A stretch of 64,000 bases of DNA from Chitinophagales bacterium (GTDB lineage: Bacteria > Bacteroidota > Bacteroidia > Chitinophagales > CAIOSU01). Location: the NCBI GenBank assembly GCA_040877935.1, contig JBBDNB010000045.1, positions 4,536-68,535 on the forward strand. The letters are read 5' to 3'. Below, piece after piece: positions 18,269 through 28,309 of the stretch. Position numbers and translations under genes: made by a program. The first letter of the stretch is position 1. Each line of letters begins with the position of its first letter. The notes below the pieces were generated by a model. The model saw only the letters and a program-made list of their open reading frames with translations. It was not told the DNA's origin and ran no database searches.

Positions 18269-19216
18269 ATGGATGTAAAAAAACGCAGATTTTATGCCCA
18301 CGGTAAATTGTTGCTCAGTGGGGAGTATGTGGTGTTGGATGGAGCTCGGGCACTTGCTTTGCCAACTATACAGGGACAGATTTTGGAAGTGCTGGATTCC
18401 GATTTGCCGCAACCTACGCTTACCTGGATAAGTCACCATCCCAACAAAAAAGTGTGGTTGAAGATCATCTTTTCACTGCCCGATCTTGAGATTATTGGAG
18501 AAGAAGACCATCGCGCCTTGCGATTGCAGGACATTCTTAAATCTGCACGGAAACTCAATCCCGGTTTTTTAAAGGAAGAAAAAGGTTATGTGGTACATAC
18601 CTTTTTGGAATTTCCGCTGGAATGGGGTTTGGGAAGCAGTTCAACGCTTATTGCTTCTTTTGCACAGTGGGCGGGTGTAGATCCTTATCAGTTGTTGGAA
18701 TTGAGTTTTGGTGGTTCCGGCTATGACCTTGCTGCTGCCGTGGCAGACGGGCCCATATTTTTTCAAAAAAGATCAGGTGAAAACCTGGTTGAAGCTGCTC
18801 CCTTTGACCCTCCCTTCAAAGAGCAATTGTTTTTTGTTTATCTGAATCAAAAGAAAGACAGCCGCGAGGGCATTCGCCTTTATAAAAAAAGAAAAATGGG
18901 CAAGGAAGCTATTGACCGGATTAGTGAAATTTCAAAGGCTTTCACAGAAGCAGAAACTTTAAAGGCATTTGAAAATTTAATAGACGAACACGAGCAAATT
19001 ATTTCAGATCACCTGAATTTGCAGTTTGCAAAAGCCTTGTATTTCTCTGATTATTGGGGAAGTATCAAGTCACTGGGGGCCTGGGGCGGAGATTTTGTGC
19101 TGGCCACTTCCAACAAAAGTGAGCTGGAAACCATCAATTATTTTACCGAAAAAGGATTTAAGTCTATCATTCCTTATAAAGATATTATCTTTGCAGCTTC
19201 AAATCAGCGCGGATGA
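18269..19216 (+). CDS. GYDIA-like GHMP kinase (probable phosphomevalonate kinase role)
   Basis: GKLLLSGEY, WGLGSSS, GSGYDLA, KSLGAWGGDF. Confidence 0.85.
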   Translation: MDVKKRRFYAHGKLLLSGEYVVLDGARALALPTIQGQILEVLDSDLPQPTLTWISHHPNKKVWLKIIFSLPDLEIIGEEDHRALRLQDILKSARKLNPGFLKEEKGYVVHTFLEFPLEWGLGSSSTLIASFAQWAGVDPYQLLELSFGGSGYDLAAAVADGPIFFQKRSGENLVEAAPFDPPFKEQLFFVYLNQKKDSREGIRLYKKRKMGKEAIDRISEISKAFTEAETLKAFENLIDEHEQIISDHLNLQFAKALYFSDYWGSIKSLGAWGGDFVLATSNKSELETINYFTEKGFKSIIPYKDIIFAASNQRG

Positions 19217-20247
19217 CACAGGCAGGTGGCTTTAGATGGCAATGTCCTTCAAATATAGCCTTGATAAAATACTGGGGTAAGCATGGAAATCAATTGCCCG
19301 CCAACCCTTCTTTGAGTATTACATTAGATACAGCCCATACTATAACTACATTGGCATACAAGCCTGGCAGTGGCCTTAGGTTTTTATTTGAAGGAAAGGA
19401 AAATCCTGCCTTCAGCTCCCGTATCGAAAAATTTTTAAAATCACTTTCTTTTGAAGAAATGCCTTTTTTAAAGGATTTTGAATTAAAACTGGAAAGTGAG
19501 AATTCTTTTCCGCATTCTTCAGGTATTGCAAGTTCTGCATCAGGAATGGGAGCATTGGCACTTTGCCTGGTGAGTATGGAGGAGGAGTTGGGTTTATTGA
19601 AAGGTAATTTTATGCAGCGCGCATCGCATATTGCCCGCCTGGGTTCAGGAAGTGCATGTCGCTCGGTATATGGAAATATGGCACTTTGGGGAAAGACAGA
19701 AAGCATTCCCGGAAGTTCTGATCAATATGCTGTTGTGGTAAATGATAATGTAAATCCAGCTTTTTCAAAAATTAAGGATTCCATTTTAATTATAAGTAAG
19801 GGAAAAAAACCGGTGTCTAGTACAGCCGGACATGCCTTGATGGATGGACATGCGTACGCTGAATCGCGTTTCACTCATGCAAAAGATAACCTTGCAAAGC
19901 TTTTAAATGTTATTCAAACTGATGACTGGACTAGATTTGGGCAAATTGTTGAGCAGGAAGCGCTAAGTCTGCATGCTATGATGATGAGTTCTGCTACACC
20001 TTATTTACTGATGGAACCAAATACAATAGCTGTTATCAGGGCGATTTGGGAGAAAAGAGCAAAAGAAAACTGGCCGCTTTATTTCACGCTGGATGCCGGC
20101 CCCAATGTGCATTTGCTTTACCCTGAAAGCATTGAGAAAGAGGTGGAAGTTTACATTAATGAAGAACTTGTAGTATATTGTGAAAACAATTATTGGATTT
20201 CCGATAAAATCGGTAATGGTCCTTTAAATTTGAAATATGGATATTAA
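19213..20247 (+). CDS. mvaD: Diphosphomevalonate decarboxylase
   Basis: NIALIKYWGK, GIASSASG, ARLGSGSACRS, TLDAGPNVH. Confidence 0.93.
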   Translation: MTQAGGFRWQCPSNIALIKYWGKHGNQLPANPSLSITLDTAHTITTLAYKPGSGLRFLFEGKENPAFSSRIEKFLKSLSFEEMPFLKDFELKLESENSFPHSSGIASSASGMGALALCLVSMEEELGLLKGNFMQRASHIARLGSGSACRSVYGNMALWGKTESIPGSSDQYAVVVNDNVNPAFSKIKDSILIISKGKKPVSSTAGHALMDGHAYAESRFTHAKDNLAKLLNVIQTDDWTRFGQIVEQEALSLHAMMMSSATPYLLMEPNTIAVIRAIWEKRAKENWPLYFTLDAGPNVHLLYPESIEKEVEVYINEELVVYCENNYWISDKIGNGPLNLKYGY

Positions 20248-21202
20248 TAAAAATTTGATTGAGAATGCCTTTCATTCGAAAATTTTGTTGTTCGGTGAAT
20301 ACGGTATTATCCAGGATGCGATGGGTTTGTCAATTCCATTTGAAAGTTTCAATGGTAAACTCTCTTTCAGGGAGCACAGTGTTAAGCCCGATGAGGAAAA
20401 AATCAAAGCCTCCAATGAGAATTTGAGGAAATATGCTACCCATCTTGAAAATCTACAGGAAAAAGCTGGGCTCAATGTGCAGTTTGACCTCAAGAGAATG
20501 AAGGATGATCTGGACAGCGGTATGTTTTTTGAATCTACTATTCCACAGGGTTTTGGTGTGGGTAGTTCGGGAGCGCTTTGTGCAGCTATATACGACCGCT
20601 ATGCTAAAGATAAGCTGCAACCACAGGAGCTCAAAAAAAAGAAGCTTAAAGAGTTGAAAATCATTTTTGCCCAAATGGAATCCTATTTTCACGGTACAAG
20701 TTCAGGTATGGATCCATTGATATGCTATATCAATATGCCTGTACTGATTGAATCTAAAAATGATATTGATACGGTAAGTTTGCCAAAAGATCAAAAAGAA
20801 GGCCGCGGAGCCATCTTTTTGCTTGATTCAGGTACGCCCGGAAAAACCCAACCCCTGGTAAAATATTTTATGGAAAGGTGTAAGGAAAAAGATTTCTTGG
20901 AAAAATGCAAAGCAGATTTCATCCCTTACAATGACAATTGTATCAGGGGATTTTTGAAAGGTGAAACAAAAGCACTTTTTTACAACTTGTATTTTCTTTC
21001 CAAGTTTTTAATAGAAAACCTAACGCCCATGATTCCACATATTTTTCACCGCTTGTGGAAAGAGGGGCTGGATACAGGTGCATATTATCTTAAGCTCTGC
21101 GGCTCTGGTGGCGGAGGTTTTATCCTTGGATTTACTGAAGATTTGGAGAATGCCAAGAAATATTTGAAAGGGCATCAAATTAAAGTGATCCAACGGTTTT
21201 GA
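20237..21202 (+). CDS. mvk: Mevalonate kinase
   Basis: KILLFGEY, PQGFGVGSSGA, HGTSSGMD, KLCGSGGGG. Confidence 0.88.
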   Translation: MDINKNLIENAFHSKILLFGEYGIIQDAMGLSIPFESFNGKLSFREHSVKPDEEKIKASNENLRKYATHLENLQEKAGLNVQFDLKRMKDDLDSGMFFESTIPQGFGVGSSGALCAAIYDRYAKDKLQPQELKKKKLKELKIIFAQMESYFHGTSSGMDPLICYINMPVLIESKNDIDTVSLPKDQKEGRGAIFLLDSGTPGKTQPLVKYFMERCKEKDFLEKCKADFIPYNDNCIRGFLKGETKALFYNLYFLSKFLIENLTPMIPHIFHRLWKEGLDTGAYYLKLCGSGGGGFILGFTEDLENAKKYLKGHQIKVIQRF

Positions 21203-21252
21203 AATTAGTCAGAAAAAATGATTAATTTAGAACCTTTCTAAATAAGGAAGGT

Positions 21253-21888
21253 TTGAAAAAAATTGAAATTTTAGTTGCAGATAATAACCTTTTAATCAGA
21301 AGGGGCTTGCAGAATTTACTTTCTTCGCAGGCGGAATTTCATATCATAGGCGAGGTTGATTGTTCAGAACAATTGATCAAATATGTACGCAAGCAGAAAC
21401 CTGCTGTAATCATCATAGATATTTTTGAAACAGAGCATTTTAAAGTAGACGATTTGGCTACAATTCATGCTTTTTCTCCCGAGACAAATGTGGTCATCAT
21501 TACCAACAATACTTTTAAAGATGATGTGCTCAATGTGCTGAACAAAGGCGTACAGGGATTTATCCTGAAAGAGTGTAGCGAAGAGGAAATTATCAGCGCG
21601 GTATTTGCTTCCTCAAAAGGGGAGAAGTTTTTTTGCGGAAAAGTAGTGGATTCCATTTTAGAGAAAAAATTGCCTCAAAACTGTGAACCACTGGTTTTAA
21701 CCGACAGGGAAATTGAAGTCATTCGCCTGATCGCAGAAGGCTATACTACGCAGCAAATTGCAGACAATCTATCGCGCAGTGTGCATACCATCAATACCCA
21801 CCGGAAAAATATCCTGAAAAAACTCGGTTTGAAAAAACCTTCAGAACTGATCATGTATGCTGTGAAAAAGGGGCTAGTGAATCAGTAA
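21253..21888 (+). CDS. NarL/LuxR-family response regulator (no adjacent kinase)
   Basis: Receiver domain plus LTDREIEVIRLIAEG...THRKNILKKL. Confidence 0.92.
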   Translation: MKKIEILVADNNLLIRRGLQNLLSSQAEFHIIGEVDCSEQLIKYVRKQKPAVIIIDIFETEHFKVDDLATIHAFSPETNVVIITNNTFKDDVLNVLNKGVQGFILKECSEEEIISAVFASSKGEKFFCGKVVDSILEKKLPQNCEPLVLTDREIEVIRLIAEGYTTQQIADNLSRSVHTINTHRKNILKKLGLKKPSELIMYAVKKGLVNQ

Positions 21889-21894
21889 TCTATT

Positions 21895-24813
21895 CTAGCG
21901 GAGCAAAGTAACAGAGCCTTTTATTTTTTCCACTTCACCATCATAATAAATCAATTGTGCAGTATAAACATATACTCCTTGAGGCATAATATCACCGTTA
22001 ATTCCGGCCCCATCCCAACCGCTTTCAATATCTTCAGTTAAATAGATCAGTTCGCCCCAGCGCGTGAATACGCGCATTTTAAAGTTTCTGATACCTGAAG
22101 AATAAATAGTAAAGAAATCATTTGTGCCATCACCATCAGGTGTGAAGGCAGTTGGCTGATACAGGATTTTTTCTTTTACCAAAACAAGTACACTGTCCAG
22201 TACGCTACACCCTTGATTGTCGAACAGTTCAAGTACATATAATGTGTTTTCTACAGGAGTGGCTTTTACTTCAGAGCAATCAGAGCAATTTAAATCTCTA
22301 TGAGGTGACCACGAAAGAAGGTTTTCTCTTCCATTTTCATGAAATTGTGCTTCTATTTCAGCAATACCACCATAAATTATTTCAATGGTATCTTGTTGGA
22401 TAAGCAGGCCGAGTGAATCAGGTTCGCTAATTGTAGCATTGGCACTTGTTTCACAATTATTGGCATCCACTATATTGACTTCGTAAAATCCTGTATCTAC
22501 TCCGGTTCTCACTAATTCATCGCTCACACTGTCTGACCAGTTAATGCTATAAGGTTCTGTACCACCATTCAGAACCAAATCTAAAATCCCGTTTTCTTCT
22601 CGATAGCATACCACATCTTCTTTGCTCAGGCTTGCTGTCAGTTCATCTGGTTCGGTGATCTCTATGGAATCAATAATTTCACAACCATTGCCATCTTCTA
22701 TACTTAATTGATAAATTCCGGCAGAAAGGTTGTCGATATTGTCAGTATTTCCTGCATTGTTTGACCAATTGAAATCATAAGGAGCTGTACCTCCGCCTAT
22801 ATCTGCGCTAATGCTTCCGTCAGAAGCACCATTACAGGAAACTCCCCAGCCGCCATTGTGTTCAAAAGCACTTAATTGTCCTGATAGTGTATCGGGAGCT
22901 ACGAGCTCAAAAGTATCGTAGAACACGCAATTGTTTTGATCCGTTATTTCCAGGCTATAAGATCCTGCGGCAAGATTGCTTAGGTCTTCAGTATTGAAAC
23001 TTCCATTGTTCCAGTTGAAATTGTAAGCTTGTACTCCACCTTGTGGAGTAATATCAATATTACCATCAGTAGAAGTGGCGCAGGAAACATTCCATCCACC
23101 ATTGTATTGTGAAATTGTTGATATAGCAAGCAATTGGTTTGGTTCATTAAGTGTGATAATTGAATCCAATTGGCAATTATTAGAATCTGTAAGTACCATT
23201 GCGTAGCTTCCTGCTTCCAGATTGCTGAGTGTACTGTCGGTAAATTGCCCGCTATTCCAATCGTATTGATAAGGAGGAGTCCCGCCCGTAGTAATAAGTG
23301 TGATTTCTCCGTTTTCTTCTCCAAAACAAGCTATTTCAAAACCATTATAATCCGAAAGCTCTACTTCAATTTCAAGTGGTGCGGGCTGATTTACTGTATT
23401 TGAAATTATATCAATGCAAGTATTTTGATCCTCTATTGTCAAAGTATAATTTCCTTCGGCAAGATTATCAGCTATAGAATCATTGGTACTATTGCTCCAA
23501 TCATAAGTGTATGGTGTTGTACCACCTGTTATTTGCGGGTGAATTTCCCCATCATTGCTTTCAAAACAAGTGAGATCATATGCCTGGATTGTAGCCTGTG
23601 GTAAAGCAAAAACACTATGGGATATTGAGTTGGTGTCACTACAGCCATTGTCATCAATAGCTATCAATTCGATTTGATAAGTGCCTGAATCCGGATATTG
23701 ATAATTAAAATCAAAGTCATTACTTGTAGTGTTATTGCCCCTGTCCCAATTCCATTGGTTTATGTTCCCGTCTCCTGGAGTAGTTAAATTTTCAAATTCA
23801 GAATCTTCATTAAAGCATACATCCGGAACCGATAATTGTACATCAGGATGCTCGTAAACAGTAATGTTTTCTATAGCAATGTCTTGACAACCAAGGTGGT
23901 CAGTTGTGGTAAGTGTTACTTGATAATTGCCGGGGGCTGTATATAAATGCTTTGGATTGATATTTTGCGCATCAGGGTTAGAATTGGTATAGCTATTACC
24001 GTCTCCAAAATCCCATTCCATTTCATCTATTAAGTTAAAGTTGAAATTTGCAGCACATGCATCAATAAATATAAACGAAGCAGAATCTACAAGACATATA
24101 TTTTGTTCTTCTATCTGAAAAGCAGTAGCGAGTTCATATGTAAAATCAGTATAGGTTACCTGGGGTTGAGAGTAATTATAAAAACCAAATCTTCCGGCCT
24201 TGAAACAATCATCTACATCGAATATCAAGTTTCCATCTACAAATATTTTGATGTTGGTAGGTGTGTAAATACAACGAAAATCATGATCAACACCCTGTAC
24301 CCAACCCAATCCGGCTCCATAATGGGTGTCTAATACTTCAAGTGGCGGAATAGAATTGGCATGGCCCCAAAAATACTGTGCATAAACTGGGACCGATACA
24401 GGTATATTCCCTTGAACCCTTGAAAGTGTCATTCCAGTAGGAGCATGGTTTCCAAGGTAGGTCTGGGCAACTCCTTTCCAGTCAAAGAGGATATAATCGT
24501 GGTCTGTGTTGTTTCCTATAGGATCATTGAATCCAATTACGAAGCCCATAAAATCATCATCGCCATTATCGGTTCTGAATTGTCCGGTAATTTCAACATT
24601 TATTAGATCAAATGAACTTAGAAAATAAGTGGGTTGGCCATTTATAGATTGATATATTTGGCTACCACCGGATTGTACAGTCCAGTTTCCATTAGCAGGG
24701 TCACCTGCCTGATTCCAGTTGTTGAAATCAACATTAGTGATGCATTGAGCAGTAAGTTTAGAAAGGTTCAAGGCAAGAAATAGAAACAAGAAACCTAATA
24801 CACTTCTATACAT
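21895..24813 (-). CDS. T9SS type-B cargo: thrombospondin C-terminal-like domain, PKD, SprB-type repeats, type-B CTD
   Basis: DDDFMGFVIG, GRFGFYNYSQ, WDFGDG, GGTxPYxYxW repeats, PTAFTPDGDGTND...RWG...GSVTLLR. Confidence 0.88.
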   Translation of the reverse strand: MYRSVLGFLFLFLALNLSKLTAQCITNVDFNNWNQAGDPANGNWTVQSGGSQIYQSINGQPTYFLSSFDLINVEITGQFRTDNGDDDFMGFVIGFNDPIGNNTDHDYILFDWKGVAQTYLGNHAPTGMTLSRVQGNIPVSVPVYAQYFWGHANSIPPLEVLDTHYGAGLGWVQGVDHDFRCIYTPTNIKIFVDGNLIFDVDDCFKAGRFGFYNYSQPQVTYTDFTYELATAFQIEEQNICLVDSASFIFIDACAANFNFNLIDEMEWDFGDGNSYTNSNPDAQNINPKHLYTAPGNYQVTLTTTDHLGCQDIAIENITVYEHPDVQLSVPDVCFNEDSEFENLTTPGDGNINQWNWDRGNNTTSNDFDFNYQYPDSGTYQIELIAIDDNGCSDTNSISHSVFALPQATIQAYDLTCFESNDGEIHPQITGGTTPYTYDWSNSTNDSIADNLAEGNYTLTIEDQNTCIDIISNTVNQPAPLEIEVELSDYNGFEIACFGEENGEITLITTGGTPPYQYDWNSGQFTDSTLSNLEAGSYAMVLTDSNNCQLDSIITLNEPNQLLAISTISQYNGGWNVSCATSTDGNIDITPQGGVQAYNFNWNNGSFNTEDLSNLAAGSYSLEITDQNNCVFYDTFELVAPDTLSGQLSAFEHNGGWGVSCNGASDGSISADIGGGTAPYDFNWSNNAGNTDNIDNLSAGIYQLSIEDGNGCEIIDSIEITEPDELTASLSKEDVVCYREENGILDLVLNGGTEPYSINWSDSVSDELVRTGVDTGFYEVNIVDANNCETSANATISEPDSLGLLIQQDTIEIIYGGIAEIEAQFHENGRENLLSWSPHRDLNCSDCSEVKATPVENTLYVLELFDNQGCSVLDSVLVLVKEKILYQPTAFTPDGDGTNDFFTIYSSGIRNFKMRVFTRWGELIYLTEDIESGWDGAGINGDIMPQGVYVYTAQLIYYDGEVEKIKGSVTLLR

Positions 24814-24885
24814 TTTTAGAATGCTTTATTGATTTAACTATGAAATTAAACATTTCAAGCTTAAAATCAATAAAAATGTATAATA

Positions 24886-26403
24886 TTACTCCGCTTTACT
24901 TTTAACCTGCTCTGGTCGCATTTGCGGAAAGAAAAGCACTTCCTGAATGCTGCTTTTATTGGTCATAAGCATAGTGAGCCGATCTATTCCAATACCCATT
25001 CCTGATGTGGGGGGCATTCCGTATTCCAGTGCTCTTAAAAAATCCTGATCGATGAACATAGCTTCGTCATCACCCTTTTTAGAAAGTTGCATTTGCTCCT
25101 CAAATCGCTCTCTTTGATCAATTGGGTCGTTCAATTCGGTATAGGCATTGGCAATTTCACCTCCGTTGATCATTAATTCAAAGCGCTCCGTCAATTCAGG
25201 GTTTGTTCTATGCTTTTTACACAAGGGAGACATTTCTACTGGGTAGTCAATAATAAATGTGGGTTGAATAAAATGCCTTTCACATTTTTCACTAAACAGT
25301 TCATCAATGAGTTTGCCTTTCCCCATGCTTTCATCAACATCAATTTTTAAGTCGTGGCAAATGTTTCGCAACTCATCTTCACTTTTCCCGCGAATATCAA
25401 TACCGGTATATTTTTCAATAGCTTCCTGCATGGTTACACGGGGATAGGGTGCTTTAAAGTCAATTTCATTCGTCCCAATTTTCACTTTTGTTTCACCGTG
25501 TAGATCCAATGCAATCTTCTCAATCAACTGCTCGGTAAACTCCATCATCCAGAGATAATCTTTATAGGCCACATAAATTTCCATAACCGTAAATTCCGGA
25601 TTGTGGCTGCGGTCCATACCTTCATTTCTGAAATCTTTGGAAAATTCATAAACTCCGTCAAAGCCACCTACAATCAACCTTTTGAGATAAAGCTCATTGG
25701 CAATTCTCAGGTAAAGTGGCATATCAAGTGCATTGTGATGCGTAATAAATGGCCTGGCAGCAGCACCACCGGGAATGGCCTGTAGAATAGGGGTTTCTAC
25801 TTCGAGGTAGCCCCTTTCATTGAAGAAATTGCGCATGCTGTTCATAAGCTTTGTGCGCTTGATGAAAATATCTTTCACTCCTTCATTCACAATTAAGTCA
25901 ACATAGCGCCTTCTAAACCTGAGTTCAGGATCTGTAAATGCATCGTGTACATTTCCTTCATCATCTATTTTTACAATTGGTAGGGGGCGAAGTGATTTGC
26001 TCAATACTTTTAGGCTTGTAACATGCACACTTATTTCGCCCACTTTTGTTTTGAACATATAGCCCTCTATGCCAATGAAATCACCAATGTCCAGTAATTT
26101 TTTGAAAACAGTATTGTAAAGGGTTTTATCTTCATCAGGGCAAATTTCATCTCGGGTTACATAAAGCTGAATTCTACCTGAATGGTCTTTCAATTCAGCA
26201 AAAGAGGCTTTTCCCATAATTCTGCGCGCCATTAATCTTCCGGCAAGCACAACTTCTTTTCCTTCCTCATAATTGGATTTAAGGGCTTTGGCAGTGGCGT
26301 TTACCGGGAATAATTCAGCCGGATATGGATTGATTCCAAGCTTTTTTATTTCTTCTAAGGCTTCTCTTCTATACCTTTCTTGTTCTGTAAATTCTTGAGA
26401 CAT
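24886..26403 (-). CDS. lysS: Lysyl-tRNA synthetase, class II
   Basis: [42 protein letters not shown]. Confidence 0.98.
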   Translation of the reverse strand: MSQEFTEQERYRREALEEIKKLGINPYPAELFPVNATAKALKSNYEEGKEVVLAGRLMARRIMGKASFAELKDHSGRIQLYVTRDEICPDEDKTLYNTVFKKLLDIGDFIGIEGYMFKTKVGEISVHVTSLKVLSKSLRPLPIVKIDDEGNVHDAFTDPELRFRRRYVDLIVNEGVKDIFIKRTKLMNSMRNFFNERGYLEVETPILQAIPGGAAARPFITHHNALDMPLYLRIANELYLKRLIVGGFDGVYEFSKDFRNEGMDRSHNPEFTVMEIYVAYKDYLWMMEFTEQLIEKIALDLHGETKVKIGTNEIDFKAPYPRVTMQEAIEKYTGIDIRGKSEDELRNICHDLKIDVDESMGKGKLIDELFSEKCERHFIQPTFIIDYPVEMSPLCKKHRTNPELTERFELMINGGEIANAYTELNDPIDQRERFEEQMQLSKKGDDEAMFIDQDFLRALEYGMPPTSGMGIGIDRLTMLMTNKSSIQEVLFFPQMRPEQVKSKAE

Positions 26404-26683
26404 TTCTTGTAAGTTTAAATAAGAAAGGCAAAGTTAACCCGTCTTGGTTTAAATCAAAACTTTACAGACAGCCTGGATAAATGATTATTGCTTCATTTAT
26501 CTGCATGAAAGTCTTAGATGAGCATGGAATTTTCTGTTTTTCCGGATGTGTCAATTTTTCCAAAAAGGTGATTCATTTTAACAAAAGATAATTTTAAGTT
26601 GGATCGCTGTGTTTTTGATGTAATTATCTGCAAATTTGAGCGCTGTAATTTTAAGCAATTTTAGATATGATATTCAAATCAAT

Positions 26684-27070
26684 ATGAAGCAGTTTGAAAA
26701 TGATATATTAAAAATGGAAGTGCGGGAAGGAATATTGATCTCAGAGCATATAGCAAAAGAAATTATTGATCTTAAACAGGCAAAAGAGACTTTTGAATTA
26801 AGGTTGAAACATATTGGCGATTACCCTTACCCGATATTGGCAGATGCTACAAAAGGAAAGGGCGCTACACTTGAAGCACAAAAATATGTATTGAAAGCAG
26901 ATGATGAACTCGGCACTCCTGCAATTGCAATTATTGTAGATTCACTTGTAAGTAGGATATTTGGCAATTTGGTGATCAACTTTGTGCAAAACACCAAAAT
27001 GAATATTCGGCTTTTTTTGGATCGGGAAAAGGGTATTAGGTGGCTGAAGAAATATGTGCAAGAAAGCTAA
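26684..27070 (+). CDS. Small STAS/SpoIIAA-like hypothetical protein
   Basis: ATG at 26684 preferred; AIAIIV...RLFLDREKGIRWL pattern. Confidence 0.6.
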   Translation: MKQFENDILKMEVREGILISEHIAKEIIDLKQAKETFELRLKHIGDYPYPILADATKGKGATLEAQKYVLKADDELGTPAIAIIVDSLVSRIFGNLVINFVQNTKMNIRLFLDREKGIRWLKKYVQES

Positions 27071-27078
27071 ACCCGCAT

Positions 27079-27103
27079 TATGCAATTGAAAAGTAATTGC
27101 ATA
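27079..27103. terminator. Hairpin between convergent genes
   Basis: TATGCAATT-N7-AATTGCATA. Confidence 0.4.
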
Positions 27104-27109
27104 TTCCGG

Positions 27110-28246
27110 TTAAACCAAAAACAATTCACTGACTACATGATCGGCCAGGAACAAGCTCTTTTTTGTAAGTGTCCATCTATTGTCTTTTTTTTCTAACAAT
27201 TCTTTTTCGCCAAGTTTATAAAGATTGCTCAGAAATAGCTGTTTTTGTTTATTATCCTTAAACAAAGCATTGAGTTCCTCATAGTTTATTCCTTCCTTTT
27301 GCCGTAAACCGGTCATTAGTTTTTCATTGAAGCGGTCAGTATTGCTCAGGGTTTCGCCCTTCCAAAACCCGCTACCCGTTTTTATGCCTTTGATATATTT
27401 TGAATTATTGGAAATATTCCAGAAGCGTTTATTTTTCCCGTCATAGGAATGAGCAGCGGGTCCAAGCCCAAAATATGGAGTGCCATTCCAGTAGCTGCTG
27501 TTGTGAATTGCCCTCTGGCCATCGATAGCTATATTCGAAATTTCGTAATGGTCCCAGTTTTTTTCTGCAACTTTTTCAGTCAATAATTCAAAATGTTTTG
27601 ATGCAAGTGCTTCGTCAGGTGCAGGAGATTTGCCACTTTTCACAAAGTGATTTAAAGCAGTATTGGGTTCTAATGTGAGCGCATAACAGGAAATATGATT
27701 GATTGGCATTGCCGCAGCATGTTCTAAATTCTCGAGCCAGGCACTTTCGCTCATCCCCGGAACTCCATAGATCAAATCTATACTGATTTGTTCAAACCCG
27801 GCTTTTTTTGCCAACCACACAACATCAAGCGCTTCTTTGGCATTATGCGCCCTGTTCATATATATCAGATCCCGATCTCTGAATGATTGAATGCCAATAC
27901 TCAGCCTGTTTATACCTGTGTCTTTTAGCTCCTCAAGGTATTTTTTATTTAAATCATCCGGATTGGCTTCCAGTGTGATTTCTGCATTTTCACTCACATG
28001 GAAATTGCGCTTAATTTTGCCGAATAATTGTTTTAATTCTAAATTGTTGAGTAGTGAAGGTGTTCCTCCCCCTATGTAAATACTTTTGAACTGTGTATTT
28101 TGCCATTCGATTTTTCTCAAATCAATTTCACAGGCAATAGCATCTAATAATGCTGTCTTATTTTTGAGCGAAGTGCTAAAATGAAAATTACAATAATGAC
28201 AGGCTTGTTTGCAAAAAGGAATATGAATATAGATGCCTGCGTCCAA
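27110..28246 (-). CDS. hemW: Radical SAM heme chaperone HemW
   Basis: YIHIPFCKQACHYCNF, GGGTPS, YEISN, HNSSYW. Confidence 0.92.
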   Translation of the reverse strand: MDAGIYIHIPFCKQACHYCNFHFSTSLKNKTALLDAIACEIDLRKIEWQNTQFKSIYIGGGTPSLLNNLELKQLFGKIKRNFHVSENAEITLEANPDDLNKKYLEELKDTGINRLSIGIQSFRDRDLIYMNRAHNAKEALDVVWLAKKAGFEQISIDLIYGVPGMSESAWLENLEHAAAMPINHISCYALTLEPNTALNHFVKSGKSPAPDEALASKHFELLTEKVAEKNWDHYEISNIAIDGQRAIHNSSYWNGTPYFGLGPAAHSYDGKNKRFWNISNNSKYIKGIKTGSGFWKGETLSNTDRFNEKLMTGLRQKEGINYEELNALFKDNKQKQLFLSNLYKLGEKELLEKKDNRWTLTKKSLFLADHVVSELFLV

Positions 28247-28309
28247 TTTATAAGGATTTTGTATAAAGTTCGTTTTCAGCTTTGTGTATTGTCAAGTTTT
28301 AGCAAAATT

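Noticed and set aside
21253..21888. Receiver with ADN instead of ADD as a pseudo-receiver
   Set aside because: The phospho-Asp, Thr and Lys positions appear retained; one substitution is not enough evidence
28181..28309. Longer N-terminus of the Omp85 ORF
   Set aside because: It overlaps divergent hemW; the signal peptide starts at ATG 28310
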